From NCBI GenBank assembly GCA_036788295.1, contig DAIQNR010000004.1, forward strand, positions 47,187 through 111,186: DNA of 64,000 nucleotides, read 5' to 3'. Position numbers and translations under genes: made by a program. The notes beneath the pieces were generated by a model. That model saw only the letters and a program-made list of their open reading frames with translations. It had not been told where the DNA came from and made no database searches. The DNA is from Myxococcota bacterium (lineage in GTDB: Bacteria; Myxococcota; Kuafuiibacteriia; Kuafuiibacteriales; Kuafuiibacteriaceae). This document shows, piece by piece, positions 56,737 to 64,000 of the stretch; within the stretch, counting starts at the first letter, position 1, and each line of letters opens with the position of its first letter.

Positions 56737-58298
56737 CGGTTTTGCTCTCGATGGGCGGCCCGCAGCCGGGACAGCGCTCGGCGAAGCTGCTCGGCGAAGC
56801 GGCCCGCCGTCGCCGGTCGAAGCTCGGGGACCGGCGACATCGCCCGCTCCACGAGCTCCCGGACCCGCTGCGGCACCTCGATGTCGCTCGGCAGGGGCGG
56901 CGGCGGGGCCGACATGCGGGCCTTCACTGCGTCCACGGTGGGCTCGAACGCGGCCCGCCCGGCGAGCATCTCCCACAGGACCACCCCGAGAGAGAACAGG
57001 TCGGATCGGGGGTCGGCCGGCCGCCCTTTCGCTTGCTCCGGGGCCATGTACCGCAGCGTGCCCACCATCATCCCCTCGTTCACCGGCTGGCGGTCGGTCC
57101 GGACCGCGACCCCGAAATCGGACAGCTTCGCCCGGGCCCCTCGGTCCACCAGCACGTTGCTCGGCTTGACGTCCCGGTGAACGATTCCGGCGGCGTGCAC
57201 GGCGGCGAGCGCCTCGGCCAGCGTTTTCGCCACGTGCAGGGCGAGGTACGGCTCGAGTCGGCCCCCCCGAAGCAGCGCGCGCAGGCTTCGGCCAGCGAAG
57301 TACTCCATGACGAAGAAGGTCACCTCCGCCTCCCTTCCGAAATCGAACACCGACAGGCAACCGGCGTGCTGGACCCGGGCCGCCATCCTCGCTTCGGCCA
57401 AGAAGCCCTCGAGAAGGTCTGGGTCTTCGGCCAGCGAAGGCGCGAGCACCTTCACCGCCACCGGGCGCTCGAGCACCTGGTCCCGGGCGAGGTACACGGT
57501 CGCTTGCGAGCCTCGACCGACCTCCCGCTCGAGCCGAAAGCGCCCGCGAAGGATCGACCCCACCAGCGCGTGAGGGGCCGGGCTCGGGGGCCGGGACGGC
57601 CAGCCGAAATCGAGCGACGCGCTGTCATCGGCGAGGTCGGCGACCAGGTGTTCCGCGTCGATGACGGCGCTGATCGCGGCGTCGATCTCGCGAACCGACC
57701 GGCCAGGGGGTTCGAACCGCGCTTCATGGGTCGCAGGGACCGGATGGGAAGGGTGGACGAGCCGAAGCGTCGCTCGAACGTGCTCGGCGTAATCGGTGGC
57801 TCCCGCCTTCATCGCCGACTCGAGCTCGTCGGCCCACGCCGCGGCGCTCGATCCGAGCGGCGAGCTCCCCCGACGCCGCTCCTCCGCCCAAATGAGCCGG
57901 GCGGCAGGCTCCGATGGGGCCTCGTCGGACAGCGGCCCCTCCGCCGCCCGGAGCACGGCCTCGCTCGGCTCGGGGTCGTCCTCGTCGAGCGGAGCGAGCA
58001 GCAACGGGCGGGGCAAGCTGGTCTCCTCCGAGGCGGCGCGAGCGGGACCAGGGAGCCACTTCGCGTTCGAGACATCGCTCTCTTCCGTGTCCGCGGGCGC
58101 CAGGTTGGCCATCGGCGGGCCCTCGAGCTGGGCCCGCAGCCGCTGCGCTCGCTGCTCGTCGCCGGCGTGCTGGAAGGCCTCGGCCGCCTCGAGCAAAAGC
58201 TGCCGGCCGATGCTGGCGTCGCCCTGGGCGATGGCGTGCTCGGCCTGCTCCACGAGGCGCAGCGCCGCTCGCGCCGACTGGGTGCCCTCCGCGCTCAC
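56733..58298 (-). CDS. Cytoplasmic Ser/Thr kinase (C-terminal kinase domain)
   Basis: GRGSQATV, VAVK, HRDVKPSN, DFG, YMAPE; GTG start at 58298 is inferred. Confidence 0.9.
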   Translation of the reverse strand: MSAEGTQSARAALRLVEQAEHAIAQGDASIGRQLLLEAAEAFQHAGDEQRAQRLRAQLEGPPMANLAPADTEESDVSNAKWLPGPARAASEETSLPRPLLLAPLDEDDPEPSEAVLRAAEGPLSDEAPSEPAARLIWAEERRRGSSPLGSSAAAWADELESAMKAGATDYAEHVRATLRLVHPSHPVPATHEARFEPPGRSVREIDAAISAVIDAEHLVADLADDSASLDFGWPSRPPSPAPHALVGSILRGRFRLEREVGRGSQATVYLARDQVLERPVAVKVLAPSLAEDPDLLEGFLAEARMAARVQHAGCLSVFDFGREAEVTFFVMEYFAGRSLRALLRGGRLEPYLALHVAKTLAEALAAVHAAGIVHRDVKPSNVLVDRGARAKLSDFGVAVRTDRQPVNEGMMVGTLRYMAPEQAKGRPADPRSDLFSLGVVLWEMLAGRAAFEPTVDAVKARMSAPPPPLPSDIEVPQRVRELVERAMSPVPELRPATAGRFAEQLRRALSRLRAAHREQNR

Positions 58299-58394
58299 CG
58301 TTGCCTCCTTTCGGTGGACGCTAGCCGAATTCCGCGTCCCGGCGAAGGCGCCGCTCCGGTTGATCTTTTGGGACCGGAGGGCAAGCCTTTCCCC

Positions 58395-59756
58395 ATGGCG
58401 GGGGAAGATGGCGAAGTCGAGACAGCCACCGCCCACACCCTCCCCGGGTTGGCGTCTTTTTCTGTCGGACTCGATGGTCGGTATCGCTCGTTCGATCAAG
58501 AACACGCGGCGGTCGTCGCGTCGAGAGGGGGCGCGGCCCCCAGGGTAGGCGAACTGGCGCCGTCCGCCCTCGCCTCGGCGCTGGTGAGGGCCGCCGCCGG
58601 TCAGCAGGTGCAAGAGACCTGGTCCTCTGCGGGGGCTCCTCCTCTGCCGGTGCTGCTCTTCCCCATCGCCGGCGGTGTGCTCGTTCTTCACCCGAGCCGC
58701 GCCGCGGGAGCCCGGCGCGACGAGCTGACCCGACTGTCGGAGGGGGTCGTCAACGAGCTCAACAACCTCGAGGTGGGCCTCGGGGGGGTGACGGAGGGGC
58801 TTCGCAGCGACCCGAGCGAAGCCCATGTCACCCTGGATCTCTTGACCGACCTCGCCGCCCGCGCCGACGCCGCGCGGCGCCTGGCCCGCACCATCCGCTC
58901 GCTCGTGATGCCGACGCCCACCACCACGGTGGCGCTCGACGACGTCCTTCGCCGGCTCGAGCCCCGGCTCCGGCGAGCGGCGCCGCGCTGCGGGTTCACC
59001 GTGGAGGTCGGCGCCCCCGAGGTCGAGGTGGAGGCCGAGGTCGAGGAGCTGGCCGACGCGCTCGGGGAGCTGGTGCGAAACGCAGCCGAGGCCGGCGCCC
59101 GGCGGGTCGTCGTGCGCTCGGGTCTGGGCCCCCCCGGGACCGTCGTGCTCGACGTGGACGACGACGGCGAGGGCATCGATCCCGACCGGCAGTCCCAAGC
59201 CTTCGAGGTCTACACCGGGTCGCGAAAGCACACCCAGGGCATCGGGCTCACGCGGGTCCGCGGGGTCGCGCTCAGCCACCGGGGGTGGGTTCGAGTCGAA
59301 GAGAGCCGCCCGGGCAAAACGGTGCTGCGCCTCAGCTTGCCCATCGCGAGCCCGAGATCGCCCCCGAGCCCTCCGCCGGCGCCCGCTCGACCCCGGTCGC
59401 TCGACGTGTTCGTCATCGACGACGCGCCCGAGGTCCGCCGGGTCCTGGGCCGCATCCTTCGCCACGCCGGCCACCGGGTCGCAGAGGCCGAGGACGGGGT
59501 CGATGCGCTCGAGAAGCTCGAAGCGAGGGGCGGGCTGCCCGATTTGGTCGTGCTCGACCTGATGATGCCCCGCATGGACGGCGTAGAGACCTACCGGGCC
59601 CTGAGGTCCCGCTCGACGACGCTGCCGGTGCTGATCACGAGCGGATTTCACCCGTCCAGCCTCGGCTTCCTCGAGACGGACTCCCGGGCGAGCTTCTTGC
59701 CCAAGCCCTTCCTGCCCGCCGAAGTCATCGCCGCGCTCGACGCCCTCATGCGCTGA
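58395..59756 (+). CDS. Hybrid histidine-kinase-like/receiver protein lacking the H-box His
   Basis: GVVNELNN where AHDFNN is expected; RNA N-box, DDDGEGI, GIGL; receiver LDLMMPRMDG...KPF. Confidence 0.8.
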   Translation: MAGEDGEVETATAHTLPGLASFSVGLDGRYRSFDQEHAAVVASRGGAAPRVGELAPSALASALVRAAAGQQVQETWSSAGAPPLPVLLFPIAGGVLVLHPSRAAGARRDELTRLSEGVVNELNNLEVGLGGVTEGLRSDPSEAHVTLDLLTDLAARADAARRLARTIRSLVMPTPTTTVALDDVLRRLEPRLRRAAPRCGFTVEVGAPEVEVEAEVEELADALGELVRNAAEAGARRVVVRSGLGPPGTVVLDVDDDGEGIDPDRQSQAFEVYTGSRKHTQGIGLTRVRGVALSHRGWVRVEESRPGKTVLRLSLPIASPRSPPSPPPAPARPRSLDVFVIDDAPEVRRVLGRILRHAGHRVAEAEDGVDALEKLEARGGLPDLVVLDLMMPRMDGVETYRALRSRSTTLPVLITSGFHPSSLGFLETDSRASFLPKPFLPAEVIAALDALMR

Positions 59757-59783
59757 GACCCCGCATCGGGTAGCGTCCCGGCC

Positions 59784-61211
59784 ATGGGCCTCGACGTGCA
59801 CCTCATCGGCATCTGCGGCACCGGGATGGGCAGCTTCGCCGGGTTGCTCGGCGCGGCAGGCCATCGGGTCCGGGGCAGCGACCAGAATGTCTATCCGCCG
59901 ATGTCCAAGAAGCTCGAGGACTGGGGCGTCCCGGTGTTCGAGGGCTACCGGGCCGAGAATCTGCATCCGCCGCCGGACCTCGTCGTCGTCGGCAACGCGA
60001 TCCGGCGCGACAACCCGGAGGCGATGGCGGCCGAGCGCGCCGGACTGACCATGACCTCGTTTCCGGCGGCGCTCCGTGAGCTCTTCCTCGACGGTCGGCG
60101 CTCGCTGGTCGTGGCCGGAACCCACGGCAAGACGACGACGACGAGCTTGCTGGCCTGGATGCTGGCCCGAGCCGGGCGCGACCCGAGCTTCCTCATCGGG
60201 GGGGTCCCCGAGAACTTCGGAGAAGGTTTTCGATGGGGAAAGGGCCCATGTTTCGTGGTGGAGGGCGACGAGTACGACACCGCGTATTTCGACAAACGCC
60301 CGAAATTCCTTCACTACCAGCCAGAGCGGCTCGTGATCACCTCGCTCGAGTACGACCACGCCGACATCTACCCCGACGTCGAGACCATCGAGGCCCGCTT
60401 CGAGGAGCTGGTCGCGCTCGTCCCCGACCACGGCCTCGTCCTCGCGTGCGCCTCCGCGCCCCGGGCCCTGGCCCGGCGTTCGGCCTGCCGGGCTCGATTC
60501 GCCACCTACACCGCGCGCGACCGGGTCGATGCCAGCTGGCGCGCGGCCGGGGTGACGCCGGACGGAGACGGTGTTCGCTTCACCCTCGAGCACCAGGGTC
60601 GGCCGCTGGCCTCTCTGTTTCTCCCCATGTCCGGGCGACACAACGTCGAGAACGCGGTGGCCGCCTCGGCGCTCGCCCTCGAGGAGGGTCTCGACCTCGG
60701 CGAGCTCGCCGAGGCAATGGCGTCGTTTCGGGGGGTTGCGCGCCGCCAGACCGTCCGGGCGGTGGTCGGCGGAGTGCGCATCATCGACGACTTCGCCCAC
60801 CACCCGAGCGCGGTGGCCGAGACCCTCGCCGGCCTTTGCGCCCGGTACCCCGAAGGCAGGCTGGTCGCCGTGTTCGAGCCGCGGACGGCGACCAGCGCCC
60901 GGAGCACGTTTCACGACGCCTACGCTCGCGCCTTCGCCGACGCGGACCTCGCCGTCATCGCCCCCGTGGGACGGCCGGAGCTCCCGGCGAGCGAGCGGCT
61001 CGACGTCGCTCGGCTCGTCCTCGACATCGAGAAGTCAGGCACGGAAGCCGAGGCTCCGGAGAGCCTCGACCGGCTGGTCGCCCGGCTCACCGCCGCGCTG
61101 CTCCCCGGCGACACCGTCGTGCTGATGAGCAACGGCGGCTTCGGCGGGGTGCCCAACCGCCTCGAGACCGCGCTCGCCGCCCGGTTTCAGTCCAAACCGC
61201 CGCTCCGATAG
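59784..61211 (+). CDS. mpl: UDP-MurNAc:L-Ala-gamma-D-Glu-mDAP ligase (murein peptide ligase)
   Basis: HLIGICGTGMG, GSDQNVYPPMS, GTHGKTTT, EGDEYDTAYFDKRPKF, DDFAHHP. Confidence 0.93.
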   Translation: MGLDVHLIGICGTGMGSFAGLLGAAGHRVRGSDQNVYPPMSKKLEDWGVPVFEGYRAENLHPPPDLVVVGNAIRRDNPEAMAAERAGLTMTSFPAALRELFLDGRRSLVVAGTHGKTTTTSLLAWMLARAGRDPSFLIGGVPENFGEGFRWGKGPCFVVEGDEYDTAYFDKRPKFLHYQPERLVITSLEYDHADIYPDVETIEARFEELVALVPDHGLVLACASAPRALARRSACRARFATYTARDRVDASWRAAGVTPDGDGVRFTLEHQGRPLASLFLPMSGRHNVENAVAASALALEEGLDLGELAEAMASFRGVARRQTVRAVVGGVRIIDDFAHHPSAVAETLAGLCARYPEGRLVAVFEPRTATSARSTFHDAYARAFADADLAVIAPVGRPELPASERLDVARLVLDIEKSGTEAEAPESLDRLVARLTAALLPGDTVVLMSNGGFGGVPNRLETALAARFQSKPPLR

Positions 61212-62128
61212 AACGTCACCGTTCGGGCGATCCCCTCCGCGAAGTCCACCTGGGGCTCGTACCCGAGCAGGGCCCGGGCGCGCCCGATGTCGGCCTGCGA
61301 GTGGCGGACGTCCCCGGCCCGAGGCGGCCCGTGCACCGGGGGCCGACCCCGGCCGACCGCATCCCGCACCGCCCGCGCCAGCTCCACCAGGGTGATCCGG
61401 TCGCCGCGGGCCACGTTGATGACTGCGCCCGCCGCCTCCGGCGCCTCGCAGGCGAGCAGATTCGCCTGGACCACGTCGGCGATGAAGGTGAAATCGCGCG
61501 AAGTCGTGCCGTCGCCATGGATGGTCGGCGCCTCGTCCCGCAGGCAAGCGCCGATGAACAGCGGGATCACCGCCGCGTACGCGCTGTTCGGATCCTGCCT
61601 GGGGCCGAACACGTTGAAGTAGCGCAGCGCGACGGTCTCGAGGCCGAAGCACTCGGTGAAGACCCGGCAGTAGAGCTCGCCGGCGTACTTCTGGACCGCG
61701 TACGGGCTCTTCGGCGACGCGGGCATGGTCTCGACCTTCGGGAGCCGCTCGGTGTCGCCGTAGGCGGACGAGGACGCGGCGTACACCACCCGCCGGACGC
61801 CCGCGTCGCGGGCCGCGATCAAGAGGTTGAGCGTCCCGTCGACGTTGACGGCGTGGGTCTCGGCCGGTCGCTCGAGCGACTTCGGAACGCTCGGGAGCGC
61901 AGCTTGGTGGAGCACGAAGTCCACGCCCGCCACCGCCCGCCGGCACGTCTCCGGGTCGGTCACCGAGCCCTCGAGCAGGTCCAGCGAGGGCAAAAAGGGG
62001 TCTAGGTTCTCACGCTTGCCCGTCGAGAGGTCGTCGAGCACGCGGACGCGATCCCCTCGGGCGAGCAGCGCCTCGACGAGGTTCGAGCCGATGAAACCGG
62101 CGCCGCCGGTGACGAGCACGCTGGGCAT
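61187..62128 (-). CDS. Extended SDR NAD-dependent nucleotide-sugar epimerase (WbpP-like)
   Basis: TGGAGFIG, YAVQK (YxxxK), LRYFNVFG, RDF. Confidence 0.92.
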   Translation of the reverse strand: MPSVLVTGGAGFIGSNLVEALLARGDRVRVLDDLSTGKRENLDPFLPSLDLLEGSVTDPETCRRAVAGVDFVLHQAALPSVPKSLERPAETHAVNVDGTLNLLIAARDAGVRRVVYAASSSAYGDTERLPKVETMPASPKSPYAVQKYAGELYCRVFTECFGLETVALRYFNVFGPRQDPNSAYAAVIPLFIGACLRDEAPTIHGDGTTSRDFTFIADVVQANLLACEAPEAAGAVINVARGDRITLVELARAVRDAVGRGRPPVHGPPRAGDVRHSQADIGRARALLGYEPQVDFAEGIARTVTFYRSGGLD

Positions 62129-62181
62129 GGGCGGACCATGCCCGAACTGCCGCCGGACGGCACCCGGTTCACCTGCCGCCG

Positions 62182-63819
62182 GTGGTTGTGTATGAGCCCG
62201 GGGTGACCGACGGGTTCGTCGAGCACGTCGGTCGGTTCCGGGTGGTCGGGTGCATCGCCCGGGGCGGCATGGCGGAGATCTTCCTCGCGCGGCCCGACGA
62301 CCCGGAGTCCACCGACGCCGGCGCGGAGGTCGCGCTCAAGCGGCTCTTGCCCGGGCTCGCCCACGACCGCGGGTTCCTCGAGATGTTCCGGGACGAGGCC
62401 CACCTCGCCTCGCAGCTCGACCACCCGAACATCGTCCGCATCCTCGAGGTGGGAGAGGACCCAAACGGGCCCCACATCGCGATGGAGCTCCTGCGGGGGG
62501 TGAACCTGCGGGACTTGTTGTCGCGCCTGCAGACCCTCCGCCAATCGATGCCGCTTCCGCTCGGGATCGCGATCTGCGTTCAGGCCCTGTCCGCGCTCGG
62601 GCACGCCCACCGGTTCGCCGACGGGCAGGGTCGACCGCTGCGGCTCGTGCATCGGGACGTGTCCCCGCAAAACGTGATCCTCACCTACGACGGCGCGGTG
62701 AAGCTCGTGGACTTCGGGGTCGCGAAGGCGGAGGGGCGGCTCCACCAGACGCGGGCCGGGCTCATCAAGGGAAAGTTCGCGTACATGTCCCCCGAGCAGG
62801 TGGACGCCGGGGAGCTCGACGGGCGCTCCGACCTGTTCGCGCTCGCCGAGGTGTTCTTCGAGCTGCTGCTCCGCCGACACCCTTTCTACGCCGCGTCCGA
62901 CATGGACGTGCTGCGCAAGGTGCTCGACGAACCGGCGCCGGACGCGAGGGTCCTCGATCCGAGTTTCCCGGACGTCCCGGCCGAGGTCCTGCATCGGGCC
63001 CTCGAGAAGCGGCCCGAGGATCGCTTCCCCGACGCGGAGTCGATGCGGGCCCCGCTCGACGCCTGGCTCAGAGAGGTCGGGCAGCGGCCCACCTCCCGCG
63101 ACCTCGCCCGCTTCGTCCGAAGCCTGTTCGGGGACCGACTCCGAGAGGAGGAGCGGGCTCGGCGAGCCGGGGACGACCGCGCCCTGGTCGAGGCGCTCCG
63201 GGTCGGGCGCGCGTCGGTGGTGGGCATGGTCACCCAAATGGGAGCTCCGGTCGTGCCCACGGCGCTCGACGGCTCGGAGGATGTGCCCACCGTCATCGCC
63301 GGGGGCAGGCCACCCCGACCCAGACCGCACTCGGTGACGGTCCGCCCCGCGTCGCCCGGTCGGCGCGGACCACGGATCGTACCTGCGGAGCGAGCCGACG
63401 CAGCCGATCCGGCCGAGGCGCCGGCTCCCCCCGAGCCGCTCGAGGTGGCGCCGCTCGAACCCACTTCCCGGAGGCCCAGGCCGTTTTCGGCGCCCCGACG
63501 GTTCGACCTCGCCGTGTTCGCGCTCGGGTTGCTCGCCCTGCTCGCGTCGATCCGCTTCGCGCTCGCCCCCCCACGGGGTACCGCCGACATCGACGTCCAC
63601 AGCGAGCCGCCCGGCGCCGAGGTGTGGGTGAACCGGCAGCGTTCCGGCCTGACCAGCCCAGCCCGGCTGCGCATCCCCACCGGCGAGCCGGTCGATGTCG
63701 AGCTGCGGCACCCGGGCTTTCGCACCTGCACGAAGCGGGTGCTGCTCGGCAGCGACGTGCCCGCGGACATCCGCTGCCGGCTCGAGCCGCTCCCGCACCC
63801 CGCGCCTCGCTTTCCTTGA
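62182..63819 (+). CDS. Membrane Ser/Thr kinase with C-terminal PEGA domain
   Basis: [22 protein letters not shown]; TM segment; [14 protein letters not shown]. Confidence 0.92.
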   Translation: MVVYEPGVTDGFVEHVGRFRVVGCIARGGMAEIFLARPDDPESTDAGAEVALKRLLPGLAHDRGFLEMFRDEAHLASQLDHPNIVRILEVGEDPNGPHIAMELLRGVNLRDLLSRLQTLRQSMPLPLGIAICVQALSALGHAHRFADGQGRPLRLVHRDVSPQNVILTYDGAVKLVDFGVAKAEGRLHQTRAGLIKGKFAYMSPEQVDAGELDGRSDLFALAEVFFELLLRRHPFYAASDMDVLRKVLDEPAPDARVLDPSFPDVPAEVLHRALEKRPEDRFPDAESMRAPLDAWLREVGQRPTSRDLARFVRSLFGDRLREEERARRAGDDRALVEALRVGRASVVGMVTQMGAPVVPTALDGSEDVPTVIAGGRPPRPRPHSVTVRPASPGRRGPRIVPAERADAADPAEAPAPPEPLEVAPLEPTSRRPRPFSAPRRFDLAVFALGLLALLASIRFALAPPRGTADIDVHSEPPGAEVWVNRQRSGLTSPARLRIPTGEPVDVELRHPGFRTCTKRVLLGSDVPADIRCRLEPLPHPAPRFP

Positions 63820-63843
63820 CAGGCGCGCGCCGGTCCCCATTAT
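63816..63843 (+). promoter_or_regulatory. Probable sigma70 promoter for rpsU
   Basis: TTGACA (overlapping the kinase stop codon)-16 nt-CATTAT; GAGGAGG RBS downstream. Confidence 0.5.
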
Positions 63844-63898
63844 TCCGCCTTCCGCGACACCGCGGAGGCAACCGGCCGACCGAGGAGGTGACACATCC

Positions 63899-64000
63899 AT
63901 GCCCGGCATTCGAGTCAAGGACGGCGAGTCGTTCGACCGCGCCCTCCGGCGTTTCAAGAAGCAGTGCGAGCGGGCGGGGATCCTCGGGGAAATCCGCAAG
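63899..64000 (+). CDS. rpsU: 30S ribosomal protein S21 (5' part)
   Basis: [34 protein letters not shown]. Confidence 0.96.
   Translation, partial: MPGIRVKDGESFDRALRRFKKQCERAGILGEIRK

Noticed and set aside
58299-60914. N-terminal extension making a 1393-aa kinase
   Set aside because: The extension is antisense to the hybrid kinase and mpl; the kinase more plausibly starts at 58298.

Overview
High-GC window that looks like a Myxococcota chromosome (five Hanks-type Ser/Thr kinases, a PP2C phosphatase, PEGA proteins, DUF4215 Cys-rich repeats, an FHA histidine kinase). Housekeeping genes are ttcA, def, xth, rho, atpG, mpl, tRNA-Glu(TTC) and the start of rpsU. Accessory content includes two vapBC modules, a mazEF module, a deleted Uma2 remnant, a SCO/PCuAC copper-chaperone operon and many lipoproteins. 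The best candidate for an unusual system is a two-gene McrB(NxD)/DUF2357 type IV restriction-like pair with coiled coils in both partners and a ~750-aa unassigned N-terminal region (CoCoNuT-like, 28414-33649). Four proteins keep a recognisable fold but lack catalytic residues. These are a full-length NAD-dependent ligase (LigA) paralogue coupled to xth, an AddA-like helicase with DLIT instead of DYKT, a clan GH-A-like lipoprotein, and a hybrid kinase with Asn at the phospho-His position. The last two sit in or beside a tightly coupled STK / lipoprotein / FHA-histidine-kinase operon. All assignments come from reading motifs by eye; no searches were run. Start codons were re-chosen by hand because many track ORFs are over-extended or are shadow frames.
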